In this document: positions 26,640 to 39,797 of the stretch, in pieces
Layout: every line of letters begins with the position of its first letter
How positions within the stretch are numbered: position 1 is the first letter of the stretch
From: Dicyema japonicum
Lineage: Eukaryota > Animalia > Dicyemida
Direction of reading: 5' to 3'
DNA length: 64,000 bases
Assembly: GCA_011109175.1 (NCBI GenBank)
Contig: RDEW01000106.1
Coordinates: 17,314 to 81,313, forward strand
The notes under the pieces: model-generated
Seen by the model: only the letters and a program-made list of their open reading frames with translations
The model's database searches: none
What the model was told of the DNA's origin: nothing
Position numbers and translations under genes: made by a program

Positions 26640-27150
26640 TGATTTGTGAGATAAAATACATCAAGATGACTTTGAAAGAATTATTCCATATTTGTGAATA
26701 ATTTCGACACTTTCATAAATCCTAAAAATTGTAAAACTATGATTAACAAGTAGATACACCCAGTGGTAAACAATAATTCACAGATTTCAAGGATGAATGC
26801 AATCAATGGTTTGATTACTGAAGATATCATCATTTCAAAAGCTAAGGTATTTGGTGAAAACCTTGAAATAAACGATCACGAATTTAGAAAAGGTTACGCA
26901 GATATAAGGGGACTTAATCCTAAACTAAAACTTCCTCATGGAGAAGCTAACAATTAATTTGAATGGACAAATATGATTAAGTTAAAAGTCGACCCTGACG
27001 TATTTGCTAACATGGATGAATTGGAATCTCCACATATGAGGTTTCATTTTCATTCAAAAGTCCTAAAAAATGTTCGGCAACAATCTCAATTTTTCTCTAT
27101 TATGTGACATGAGCAGTCCGCTACATTTTTGACCTTGAAAAGGTCTTTTG
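26640..27150 (+). mobile_element. pogo/CENP-B-type transposase fragment
   Basis: GLITEDIIISKAKVFGENLEI..F resembles the CENP-B HTH. Confidence 0.45.
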
Positions 27151-27439
27151 ATTATCCGACATTTAATTTTTTATATTCGATCTTATCATGTTAGATTATT
27201 TTTTATTCATAAACGTTATGATTATAAAGATTTATTTTTTATAGCGGCTAACCTTAATTTCTAGCGTGGAAGATTATTTTGTCGCAATGGGTTCTTTCAA
27301 GTGTTTTGTGAAAGACAGCGTGGAAATTTTAAAAGATGCTTTGAATAATAAATTTCCCGAAAATCTTCCGAGGCACAGAAAATATAGGCTTGTTAAGAAG
27401 ATAGAGGATTTTTTTACTATCAGTGATGGATTTGTTCAA

Positions 27440-28350
27440 TAAATGTACAGACTGTATCTTAGATGCAGTGATCTCAAGTTAGTCATATCCCTGGATAATG
27501 AAACCGAAATGGAGTTCGTGGCGAAATCAATACACGAGATTTCACACGGGGGAGTAAATAAAATTGAGCATCAATGTCGGCAAAATAACTTCACTGTCCA
27601 GAATGAGATTTTCGAAAAAGTCATTCGAAATTGTGAAATTTGCAAATTTTCGCGTCCTTTAAAGTTTTAGATTTCATAAATTGGAGATATAAATCACCAC
27701 GTGTTCGCTTTTTGTCAAATGAACGTTTTAGAGTGATCTTATAGATGTAAAAAAGATATTCAACAGTGAATAAAAAATTCAAACGGATTTTAACGGTAAT
27801 TGCCATATATATCGTAGTTTCGTTTTTTAAACCAATTTTTATAGACTCGCATTTGTCTGACCACGCTCTAATAAGTCTGGAAAAGCTTCAGTCAGACAAT
27901 GACTCTAAATTCATAAATCAAGAAATAACAAAACTTTACACTGACTTCAACATCAAGCGAATTCACGGAAGGTCTAACAATCCCTGTCGAAAGATTCAAT
28001 CAAACGATAACGAGGCATTGGCTGTGTTTTTTACGTTGCTATGACTTTTTCCAGGATAAATTTCATTTAAAATTTTTAAAAATCAAAATAAAGATGGAAT
28101 CTAATAACTACTTAAGAATAAACTGCGAAAGAAAAGAAGATGGAAAAATGATGAAGAATCGTTGAATGTAAGAGACAGAGTCATTCTACGAATGGACTGT
28201 GATTACAATCAAACAAAAAAAAGGTTCATTATATGAGCACTTGGACACTACAGTTTATCTAGTATTGGATATTCAAGGAACTATGGTCCACGTGGATGGT
28301 GGCAACTCTGAAATAATGATAGTCCACCATAGGCGAGTATAAGATTATTT
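27440..28350 (+). mobile_element. Retroviral-type integrase remnant (Ginger/Gypsy/KRBA2-like)
   Basis: HHCC zinc module (IHEISHGG...CEIC) and core LQSDNDSKFINQEI..L....IKRIHGRSNNP. Confidence 0.7.
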
Positions 28351-28612
28351 TAAATGACTTTCCATTCAAGAAATATTTTTTAATTTTTTGCCATAACGTG
28401 GAGATTAGATTTAGTTGTTGATTAGGAATGAGATTAGGTATTGATTATGGTTGATGTTGAAAATTGCTTTATGGATAAGATCACAATTATGTATTTTTAG
28501 GAAAGGAATTTGAATTCGTCAAAGTTATGGTTAAATTAGAATTAGATATGGATGGTTAAGGGATAGGTTTTATGATATTTTTAAATTTAAGAATAAAACT
28601 TACGGTTAAAAG

Positions 28613-28702
28613 TTAGGGTTTATATTTAGGGTTATGGATTTGGGTTAGGGTTAGGGATTACGGTTAGGGATTTCAGTTAGGGGTTAGGGTTCTTGATTAG
28701 GG
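28613..28702 (+). repeat. Degenerate interstitial TTAGGG tract
   Basis: Eight TTAGGG hexamers in 90 bp, inside a ~350-bp G/T-skewed stretch. Confidence 0.8.
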
Positions 28703-30659
28703 ATAGGGTGTAAGTGTTATGTTCGAGTAGGAATTTTAACAGTATGGAACATATGTTAGTTAGTAAGGGAAAGGGCTAAAAAAAGAATAATTTTTTAATA
28801 TTAAAAGTTAATTTTCGCTTAGTTTTTTATATTTAAATGTTTAATAGATTTTCGACATTAATTGTATTGAATTGTTTCAGGTTGTTATAATTTTATTTTT
28901 TGCATTAATAATTAAGGCTAGACATCCAACGGATTTGAAAAAATTGGTATATTTAACTAAATAAAATAATTAGAGTCAGGAAAAATGTTATAACAATGCA
29001 AAAAAATCGATAGAGTTCCACGTACGGACTATTACATTTTTTATTTTAGTTATAGACAATTGGGATGCATGTCCAAAACAGTTTTAAAAAGGTTCTTTTC
29101 CATTTGTGAGGGAATAATTTAATTTGTAATAGGAGCATGGGTGTGTACTATGGATGACTTTTGAGAAACTGGTCCACAAGATATGGAAACCAGTCTGCAG
29201 CAATCATATCCTTTATATTTGTTCTGTTGAAGGTTAGAACCCACCTCAACCGATGCTAATAAGCCTTGCAGGGCCTTCTTCCTCTTTTGAAGTGATTGTC
29301 ATATAATTGAGGGGTAATTCTCTTGTACGTTCTCAGAGTTCTACTGGTACAGGGCACTTCACGTAGCTCACCTTGTGTCCATCACTTCCAAGTTGACGCA
29401 CTTTTCTTTTTGAATAGCAAGCCTTTCGTATTGAGTACATCTTGGAATCTCAAAACTAATGCCCATGTTCGACGGGCCTTGCTTTTTTGTTTTGGGAGTA
29501 TGGTTGATGAAAATATCAGTGAAATTGCCAAACAGCTACTCAAGTGGTGGATGATAGTTTTTTTATGGACTCCTTTTTGATTTATACGATTAATAGAACA
29601 AAGATTGTTTCATCTTGTGGAATGGTCGGTGTAATTTTGTATAAAAGTTCTAACTATACACAATTGTGTCCACAGATATTACATGGATATTTGAAAGTGA
29701 TCCAAGGATTGTTTCAAAAGCACCTTTACGCCGGGGTTGTAGCGACTAAACCTGAACTTGCAGAAATTGAATAACATATGCATGATCTCAACGACCAGAA
29801 ACCCATGGCCCATAAAAACGGGGAGACAAGTGACCCATCTAACTTTTTTGTATTCTTAAAAATCATGCTAGGAGGACGTGTAGTCAAATTAAAAAAAATT
29901 TCTTTGAAAGGGCTAACGACAGCTCACCCTCTTGCCTATTGAAGTAATAGTTTGAGCTCCTCCAAGAATCCTTTTTTCTATTAGGCATTACGTACATAAA
30001 AAATGAAAAAGCAAAGTTACAGTCAATGTCACTGATTTGGTAACAAGATATGGATGTTACAAACATGGGGGATTGATGAATCTTGTTATTTCAGGCTATA
30101 ACCACCTGGTCTTGAATGGGTACCTTTAGCTTTCTAAAATGCCTGAAACTAATTTGTTTAATAGTTTTTTTATATAGAAATCACTTGTGGGTTTGTGTGA
30201 TGCATGGCAGACAAGGAAGATAGAGAGCCCGCTCCACGAGTTCCCAAATTGGGGGAACACTCTCTTACTTTGTTAGATACAATCTGTAAACTTTACTGTC
30301 AAATTCCATTGGACATCTTTGAAAGAGATCTTCTAGTCATCTATAAGGTAGAAAGGACACAGCGACGAGGCTGATTGTCTATATCTGTCAAATAGTCTTT
30401 AAATCATTATGTGGACACGAACTCCCAACGTATGGAAGTTTCCTCTTCACATCAAATTAGTAAATTTCTCGAGGCTTTTTTCCATTCATGCACACGTGGG
30501 AACTCCCAGTGGAGTAGGGGAGAGAAAATGATCCCTTTACATACATCCCTGGGATTGGGCACCACTTGAGACAGATGGGTCACATGACGCCACTCTTTTG
30601 AAAAGGGGTTGCCTCTCATGAACCCTATGGAGACCAACTGGATAAACCAGCGTGTTTCG

Positions 30660-30990
30660 GAGTCGTCGTGGATTCTGAGAAAGGCATACGTTTGAGTTTC
30701 TTGATGATTATTGCTCCAGCTATTCCAACAGCGGAAAGTATATCTGTCGAGGAGTCTTCTATACTTATTTTCTAAGCTCCCATTGCTTTCACGTCAGTAG
30801 AACGTGCCTTTGCTGGGCTCCCGATAGGATATGGAGGGACAGAGTCGACACATGCTGTACACAAACAAACCGTTTCCCTCCTCAAATGGAAAGATTATTA
30901 CTTCGTCCAGTCGCTTTCCATTTCCCCTGTCCAGAGAAGCAGAATCCACTATGGAAGCGTGTCCAACAGAGTCTAATGTGCGTTTCACGA
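30660..30990 (-). mobile_element. CRE-clade 3' fragment
   Basis: SLDRGNGKRLD...FPFEEG in ORF 30794-30988. Confidence 0.75.
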
Positions 30991-31004
30991 CATCATTCGA
31001 GTTA

Positions 31005-31170
31005 GTGTGATGCGGGAACTGGATAGTCTAGAAAGGACCTACACACAAGAAAAAGAAGTGAAGATCATTCCTTGGTTCTACGATTAATTAAAATTAACTG
31101 TTCTTTACTTAAATAAACTGTGTGTCCTGCCTATGCGGAGCTATAAATACTATAGATCTCGTGAAAAGTC
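31005..31170 (+). mobile_element. tRNA-SINE 3' half
   Basis: Reverse complement of 44737-44900, nearly identical. Confidence 0.75.
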
Positions 31171-31539
31171 TTTTATTATTAAATGAGTTCTTTGTCGACG
31201 GCAACGTTGCTCTTTTTCGAAGATGCCCAAGAGAAGTCGTAGTTGTTTTCTGTGGAAAAAGTTGAGGTTCTTTGGCGGTTAGGCTCAAGGTCCTCTCGTT
31301 ATAAAGTAGAATTGACTCAATAAAGGAGTTGTACAAAAATAATAAAATTGTCTCATTTTTTTCTAAGATGTCCTAATTGTACTATTTTGTTTTTAAAATG
31401 TCCTAAAAATGTCCTATTATTTCCGCCCTAGTTATTAATTTTGTTGGTGAAGCCTTTTGAAAAAAGAAAATCAGTTTTTACAGATCGTACTCGAAAAAAG
31501 AGAATTGAAATAAGAAATGCCCGATCGAATGAAACTATG

Positions 31540-31990
31540 GAGCAACATAGTGATCGTTTAATGCAATTGAGGATACATTCACAACAAATGCGGGCTGAAG
31601 AATCAGCAGAATAGCAGAAACTTCGTTTAACGAATTGAAGAGACATGAACAACACATGCGAGCTGAAGAATCAGCAGAACAGCATAGCAGTCTGTTGACT
31701 GAATTGAGAACACATCCACAACAAATGGGGGCTGAAGAATCGGCAGAACAGAATAGCAGTTAGTTAACTTAATTGAGAACACAAACCAAACAAATGCGGG
31801 CTGAAGAGTTAGTTTTTGCGTTTAAATAAAATTTGGTTTTCAAAAAAAGAATCAGCAGAACATCAAAAACATCTCTAACCGAATTGAGGACACGAACAAC
31901 AAATTCGAGCTGAAGAATCAGCAAAACATCATAGCAGTCGGTTAACTGATTTGAGAACACATGCCCAACAAGTCCGGGCTGTGGAAGTCC
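31540..31990 (+). repeat. Decayed ~69-bp tandem array encoding a 23-aa repeat (QQMRAEESAEQHSSRLTELRTH-), like the N-terminal repeats of Helitron ORFs
   Basis: About 6-7 units of caacaaatgcgggctgaagaatcagcagaa with stops and indels. Confidence 0.7.
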
Positions 31991-32084
31991 CAAAAGAGAC
32001 TCAGCGTCTTTTGTAAAATAATAGATGCTCGCGACAGGCCCTCCACAGGAGCTAGAGCATGTGCACGCGGAGCGATTGCCTCAT

Positions 32085-32330
32085 TTGTCAGGAACTACCA
32101 AAAATGCCTCATTTGTCAGGAAACTCCGAACCAAAATAAAAAATCAAAATTGGAACGACATTTAAAACAAAGCATGCGAATTTTGCAAAAAAATCCAATT
32201 GGCGACTCACGAATGAATGCTGTGTAAGAACTTGCAAAAAATATTCAGATTGAGAGTTCAGTTAAGAGATCGCAAAAAAGGGGAAAATTATTTCACGATT
32301 TTTCAAATAAGACAGAAATCGTGAATAAAA
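32085..32330 (+). mobile_element. hAT (SPIN/GTF2IRD2-like) transposase N-terminal zinc-finger fragment
   Basis: KCLICQE...NKKSKLERH...NPIGDSR..AV. Confidence 0.6.
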
Positions 32331-32829
32331 TGAAGAATATAAGTTGCTTTTCTGTTTAATGAACTCGACTTTTTTCATTTTTAATGCTTTCATTAAAAAA
32401 TAATGAATAAATTTGTCAAAATTTTAAAATCAATTTAATAAATTTTTTAAGAATAATCAAGATTATTTATTTAATTTTTTCATAAAATGAGTTATTAACG
32501 ATTTTCACTTTTTTAATTTCTAATAAAGTATTACCAGAATTCCGAGAATTGATAATCCACTATTTCCGTATTTTAAAAGTATTTTTAAAGTTCTTCAATA
32601 TGATTTATCGCGTCTGCATACCCAATTTCCTTTAATTTTTTTAAAGTTCATTGTTATCTTCATCTCTTCAGAGCTTTTACAGCTTGACTCTTAGATTTTT
32701 TCCAAGAATTCTACATAATTAAACAAATTTTTATCGATTGTAGAAAAGTTATTGAAATCATATTTATTTTTGAAGTTGAAGTTATCTAGGGTTTTATTCG
32801 CAATAAATTCAATTGATACATAACACTCT

Positions 32830-33250
32830 AAGAACAACAACTAGAGACAACATTCAGACGTCTGGAGATGCTAGACGCACATACTTCCCTATTCCTGCTG
32901 AGAACGCCTTTATCAGTACAGAAACTGAACTACGTTCTTCGGGGGGCACCCTGCTACCTGAAAATACAACAGCTCGATGCTATAGATTCCCTCTTCCGGA
33001 CCACTATTGAACGTACTACCAATGTGAAATTTGACGACCGTGGTGGGACTAAGCAACCCTACCCGTTAGCTTGAGTGGACTGAGAATCCCTTCACCAAAA
33101 ATCTGGCTTGCCCCGAGTATCTGTCCTATTTAGGCTCCAGCCGACTGCTTATCAGGATGATTCTCCTACTTCAAACAGAATCATCTGAAATCACAGATAT
33201 GGAGCATTTGAAAGGGATGATGTCTGAGCAGAAGAAATGTTTCCATAAAA
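32830..33250 (+). mobile_element. CRE-clade post-RT fragment
   Basis: LDAHTSLFLLR..SVQKLNYVLRGAPC, homologous to ORF 45046-45639. Confidence 0.75.
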
Positions 33251-33299
33251 CTTAGTTTTTGACATTAATGGTTCACAGTCTATAATGATTATGCAATTT

Positions 33300-34603
33300 A
33301 AGTGAGATAGAGATTGTAGATAATTTTTTTGCTAACAGTTAGAAATAATTTCAGCATACATTACTCCATGCATCTGAGATTATTGTTACCACTTATCACA
33401 AGAGGTAGATTCTCCTGACAATGCTATGAATTTTAATTGATGCCTCTCTTTGAAAGGGAAGAACCTTGAGATACTTCATAGGCAAGGGGTCTCTTGATTA
33501 GTTAGTCTTGACGTTCCCTTCTTTGTGTTAAATAATGACCATTCAAAATGCACTGAATTGACGGCGATGTAAGAAATCATTAGATATGAATAAAGGAATC
33601 CTCTTTCGATAAACGGTAGAATATTTTTTATTCGAAAAATAGTTCCCTTGTTTGCATTGTAAATGATAGATAAACTCCTTTCAGAATGTTCCTTTTTTAA
33701 GATATGATCTGCAATCTTCAATTTTGTTTCATGATTCAAACGCACCACAATCAACAAAAAAAATTTGAATGAATCGTGACTTTTAAAATATTTATTTTTA
33801 AAATCGGTTAAATAAAATCATATAATTATTTTAAATAATAAAAAAGTAATGCCCCAACTCGAGGTGCTAAATTTAATCGACTTGCCAGACATTTGGTATA
33901 AAATTTATAGATCGCCCCAAAACGGAGTTTTCCCCGGTTCTAGGTAAATTCATCGCGGTAAATTATCGCCGTAATTTCATCGCTGGTAAATTCATCGCTG
34001 GTAAATTCATCGCCGGTAAATTCAAGCGACCACGTGGGTTCTTCAAAAAGAGGTCGAAATTTTGATTTTTATATTATCATTAAAATGTAATTTTGGAGAT
34101 TAATTTGACGATATGAGTCACGTGGCCAGATCCCAAGATAGAAGAAATTTGAAAACCTCAATTCTCCAAATAGTGTTAGATTTACTCAACGATGTGCACC
34201 ACACGTGTGTGTATTGGTTAAAGTGATAGAAAATTATTGATTATCTTACTGATTATTGATTAATAACAAAGGTCAAACTTTAGAAAAAATAGGTCCCCTC
34301 TCTTCAGTTTTCATAGTCCTACCGTCACGGATACATGATTCATATCGCCGAATAATCTCCAAAATCGCAATTTAACTATAATATAAAAAATCAAATTTCG
34401 ACCTCTTCTATTTAGACACCAGCCCACGTGGTTCTTTGATTCAACTGGGATGAATTTACCTCGCGATGAATTTACCTAGCGATGAATTTACCGGCGATGA
34501 TAATTTACCTTGCGATGAATTTACCGGCGATGAATTTACCGGTTACCGTTTTCCCCAAAAAGAGATGCCCTACCTCGGAGGTGCCCTGAATATAGGTCGA
34601 CTG
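33300..34603 (-). mobile_element. pogo/Tigger 5' remnant interrupted by a MULE foldback
   Basis: TIR TA|cagtcgacctatattc at 34603; psq/CENP-B HTH-like ORF 33476-33757; left boundary uncertain. Confidence 0.6.
33936..34547. mobile_element. Non-autonomous MULE-type foldback element
   Basis: Perfect 9-bp TSD gttttcccc (33927-33935 and 34548-34556); ~180-bp TIRs built from 15-bp repeats (ggcgatgaatttacc); GG...CC termini. Confidence 0.85.
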
Positions 34604-34836
34604 TATAAAGTCATTGCTTATGTACAACTCGGTACACGGGGGTCACCGAGCTTCTATTTCTAACAAAATCAAAAGGCTCATGTCTTTATAATCACCCATG
34701 GGGTTAAATTTAATGAGTAAAAGAGAGATGGGAACTTTAGAGAAACACAATTGTCATATGGAAAAAAAAATTCGAAACGTGGCACCTTAGTTAATATAAC
34801 GTTTTTTTGGTTTTGTGAAAGTGCTTTTTAATAATA

Positions 34837-36229
34837 AAGTATGACCTCCGTTTGGGACAGACCTCTGGCTTGGGGAACCTCTATTTTTGTGGAAACCTGT
34901 GTTTTTGGGGTAGTTTGAAAATGGCATAATTTTTATGCGGCACTTTCCAATTTGAAAATTATCGGAACCTCTAAGTGGGGCACTGGATTTTTAATTTATG
35001 TACATATTTGCCATTAATATTAAAATTAATTATTTGAATCTTCGTGTAATTATTGCATTCTTGTGGTTATGGCTCGTAAGCTTAGTCTTGAGGATTAAAA
35101 TTGCTAAGGAAAAAGTGAAAATGAACATATTACTGAACGAGATATTGTAAATAAATACAAAATTAGTAAAGGTTGTTTAATAATTTCAGTTTTTAATCAC
35201 TGTATCACGGATAAAAAATTATCTCAATTTTTTAATACAGGAACTGTTTAAACAGATTTTCCAGAAAAAAGTCAATGCTCTCCTAATACTTCATCTCAAA
35301 AATTGAATAAAATTGTTTTTGAGGTTTTACCAAGACAAGGAAGAAAAGGTCACGATTCTTTTCTCAATCAGTGCTTGTGGGGAAAAATTGAATCCGTTTT
35401 TAGTGGGGGAAATTTAAATCTCTATAGTGTATGAAAAACTTTAACCCTAAGAACATGGAGTTTTCTATTCATCATCCAAAAATTCTTGGATGACATCAGA
35501 ATTATTTATTACTTGGCACACCATTACAAATGAACAATTGATTAAGCGATCGATTCCATAAACGACTCAAAATTCCAGCGTTGCAGGCGCAGGGAACCAG
35601 ACGTCTCAACGGCGAGTGGAACAAACAAAAAATCCTTGTGTAGGCTTTCTCAGCGCAGAACACGCTCAATATAAGACACGCTTTTTTCCCGTTTCATCTT
35701 CTCGGCCATATTATTATTATAAGCACTTATCGCTATGTCATAGGACTTGACAAAGCATGTGCAACACGAGTTAGCAAATCACTGGTTAGTTTCATCCACT
35801 TCCTTCTATTCAAAGCCGCAGTGCGCAACCAGTCAAGATCCTCTCCACTTCCAAGATGTTGTCCCATTTCTTTGAGGTCCTCGTCGAGAACGACTGCCAG
35901 TGTCGTCCTTGGTCTTCTCGGCCTTCTCAGCGGCAAAACACGCTCAATATAAGACAGATTATTTTCGTGTATTAGAATAAAAAATAAAATAACAGATATT
36001 TTAGTGTAATAGAATAAAAAAATTTTTTCTGTTTTAAAAAAATACATTAGTTATAGAATTAATGGAAAACATGCTTTAATGTTCATAAAAATACTTATTG
36101 ATAAAATTAATGGAAAATACGTTAAAACTGTTAAAGTTTTTATAAAAATGTCGGACCTCTATTTTTGGGGAAACCTCTGTTTTTGTGGCAATTTTTTTAA
36201 AATGGATGCCCCAAATGGAGGTTATACTG
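34837..36229 (+). mobile_element. pogo/Tigger non-autonomous element with nested CRE (35550-35625) and RTE (35715-35950) fragments
   Basis: TIRs aagtatgacctccgtttggg / cccaaatggaggttatactg flanked by TA; HTH-like MARKLSLED...KYKISKG at ~35070. Confidence 0.75.
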
Positions 36230-36799
36230 TAATATGGAATATTTATCAAATAAGTTGTTTTTGCTAGATTCCATGAGGCACAACCACAGCTAACGATTGG
36301 CCCAAATAGTGAGTACATAGAGAATCTAATGTTGAACATGAGCTACCGTATTGCTGAGAATCATCACTTAATTAGAAATGAAATTATTCCAAAGACTGAG
36401 AGTAAAACCAAACTAACTAATATCGTTGTCCTGACGAGTACCGGTAGAACCCTCATCAAGGAACAGTGATCCAGAGTACATTAACCTGCAAGTTCAGACT
36501 CGTCCCCATGAACAAAATAGTTTCCCGGTTGAATGAAGAGATGGATCCAAATGACATTTTATATTTCCTGAGTTAGGCGGACTCGATGACGTCACTAGAT
36601 GGAAGGAAGAGAAATATTCAATCAAGTAACCACATGGCGTGACGTAAGCTTTAATTTTTTTAATCTGAAATAAACTTAATATGATTTTTAATAAAAAAAT
36701 TATTAGAATTTGAATATTTAATAAATTAAGATTAATTTAAAATTAATTTTTTGAAATTTGAAAAAAATAGAAAGAAATAAAATTTAAATAATATAACAA

Positions 36800-39284
36800 A
36801 TGATCAACTCGAACGGATCTAATGAAAAACACGATGGTTCAATACAAAAAGCTGAAAAGTCTGTATATGAACCAACAGAGCACGTGCTAAACTCAAGTCA
36901 TTTACAGAAAATGACGGAATATAAACGAATGTATTACATGTCTGTCATAAATCCTAAACAATTTTGGGGACAAATTGCAAGACAATTTTACTGGAAAAAT
37001 TTTGAAGACAACAACAATGTCACGTGGAACTTTGATATATCAAAAGGTCCCATCTTTACAAGATGGTTCAGGGGAGCCAAAACAAATATGAGCTATAATT
37101 GCCTCGACCGGCATATTATCAATGGACGTGGGACAGAGTGGCTTTCTTTTGGTGAGATTTACCCTTAATAATTTTGTAGGGAAGGAAATGATCCCTCTGA
37201 TAGCAGAAAAATCACATACAAGCAGCTTCATCAGCAAGTTTGTAAACTGGCAAATGTGCTAAAATCAAAAGGTTATTTTCTAAACACAATAATACCACAT
37301 GTGCCACGCCTTATACACCTAAACCTCTAATTACCTACACATTAATACATTCTGTAGGGTTAAAGAAGGGAGACACTGTTTCTATCTACATGCCCATGAT
37401 CCCCGAACTCATAGTGGCAATGCTGGCGTGTGCTAGACTTGGAATTATTCACTCAATTATTGTAATTTTGCTTAATTAGTCAGTTTGCTGGATTTTCGGC
37501 AAATTCTCTCTGTGTTCGGTTTATTAGTGCAAAGCCGAAATTGGTGATCACTGCTGGTTTATAATAGTGTTACCATTAGATGCCTTTTGGCGGGGGACAA
37601 AACTGATAAATTTAAAAAAGATATGTGATGAAGGAATCGAATTGTACGAAAAACAGTAGAATATATTTTTATACGAATAAAGGGGCAATTCCATTATTGG
37701 TGTGATATGGAAGAGACATTTGAATCCAGGCCCTCATCAGACGGCTAAGGAAGAACTGGGATCTCGACCTTACAATGTGGAGGTACCTTTAAGCTTAAAT
37801 GAAAGATAAATATTAAAAAAGGCAGAGATACTTCGTGGGATAAGGCAATGGAGAAAGTGAGTGTTTTATGTGACCCCGTTTGGCTTGATGCGGAAGACCC
37901 TTTATTTATGCTTCACACAAGGTTGATTCCTTTGCTTAGAATTAGCGGTTCTACGGGAATTCCTAAGGCAATTTTGCATACAAACGGGGGATACATGTTA
38001 TATACAGCCACCACATTCAAATATTCGTTTGACTACAATCAACGAGACATTTACTGGTGTACCGCGGACCTCGGTTGGATCACAGGACATTCTTACATAT
38101 GCTATGGTCCTCTTCTAAACTGCGCACGGAGTGTTATGGTTACCTTGCATGTAAACATCGGCTAGTTTGAGGGGGTAATGACATTCCCAGACGTCAGCAG
38201 ATTTTGGAGAATTTGCGATAAATATGAAGTGAATCAGTTCTACACATCTCCCACTGCTATTCGGTCACTAATGTCATACGACGAGAGTTACGTGACAGAG
38301 TAATCTGCCTTGAGATTATTTCGCAGGACAAGCAACCGTGATTCCCTCAGAATTATCGGAACTGTGGGGGAGCCAATAAATCCTGACGTTTGGGAGTGGT
38401 ATTACAGAGTAGTAGGAAAATCTCGTTGCGCAGTAATCGACACATATTGGCAGACAGAAACAGTTTTTTTAATTTTCCATTTTGTAGGGAGGGCACATTA
38501 TCACCCCCATGCCATGCTTTAAGGCCAAGCCAGGATCAGCTGTAAATGTTACTCAAACATTTTAGACTCTTCCGTTTTTCGGGATTGTGCCCGTGATTCT
38601 GGACGATAACGGAAAGAACTCAAAGGGAAGGCTGATGGTTACCTGGTATAGCCTTACTCTGAGATTAGGGAGTCAAACAAGCCTGGCCTGGGATGATGAG
38701 GACTATTTATGGAGATTATGAACGTTTTAAGAAAACTTACTTTGAACGATTCCCAGGGTACTACATTACTGGGGATGGTTTAATCACACGTGACTTTGTT
38801 AGGCGCTCATCGAGACGATGATGGATATTTCTGGATAACGGGCAGAATTGACGACATGCTCAACGTGTCTGGACATTTACTGAGCACTGCTGAAGTTGAG
38901 GCTGTTCTGGTGCAACATCCCAGCGTCGTTGAAGCTGCTGCAGTGACTGCTCCTCATAGTATTAAGGGAGAGTGCATATATTGCTTCGTTTCACTCCACC
39001 AGGGAGAGGAATTTACTCCACAAATCGAAAAGGAAATAAGAATGGAAGGTAAAAACAGGAGTCATTTAGTTCGCAATACGATCGGTCCGTTTGCAGCGCC
39101 AGAATATGTACAGCACGCCAAGGCATTGCCAAAAACACGATCAGGAAAAATAATCAGACGCGTTTTGCGTCAAATTGCAAAGGGATCGACAGAATTTGGG
39201 GATCTCTCCTCCATAAACGACTATTCCGTCATCGCTGATCTTCAGGCTGGGTACGAACTAATCCTTCGATCAAAGCAAGCATAA
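36800..39284 (+). CDS. ACSS2: Acetyl-CoA synthetase (ACSS2-like), ~693 aa, 14 introns (13 of 21-28 nt, one of 86 nt); needs +1 base at 37130-37132 and at 38613-38615
   Basis: [65 protein letters not shown] and [10 protein letters not shown] motifs; spliced length 2080+2 nt gives 694 codons. Confidence 0.95.
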
Positions 39285-39394
39285 TTCTCGACATTTACTA
39301 ACAATTTTAAACTCAAAAATGAAAATGTTAAATTTGCTGTAAAGCTATAAGCGTGACTCCCACCAAAACCCCGTGAATGACTAAATTTAAGAGA

Positions 39395-39797
39395 TCAAAC
39401 AACCATTAAAGGATTCCCCTTGGAGAGGACAACACATTCGATAACAACATCGGTCTTCAACTTCCCGGAAACAATTCCATTTTTAACGAATGTATACACA
39501 GGGGTGGTTTCAACCATTTTATTGGTCATTTTGAGGAAATAGTTCCCATTTCCACAGACTCCAATCGTATTAGTGTTATTTCCCACAAACACATGCTTGT
39601 CATTCGCCTGATATATGTCCCAGCCAGCTAGATGTCCTCTATGTTCGAGCATATATCTTTGTCCCGTAGTAGTTGTTGTGGCAATGAATCTGTCACAAGT
39701 TACATTTCCTGGTTTCTCAAATGTATTTTGAGTTGTCAGAAAACCTTAAAGTCAAATATTCTTAAATACATAGAAGTAACGCAAGGTGGACGAACAT
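39395..39797 (-). CDS. Small secreted orphan protein, 125 aa, one 25-nt intron (39745-39769)
   Basis: Splicing gives MFVHLALLLCFLTTQNTFEKPGNVTCDRF... in frame with ORF 39395-39652; hydrophobic signal-like N-terminus; N-glycosylation sequons NVT and NNT. Confidence 0.7.

Noticed and set aside
31540-31990. CRISPR-like array
   Set aside because: Units are contiguous degenerate tandem repeats without unique spacers; eukaryotic context; no cas genes
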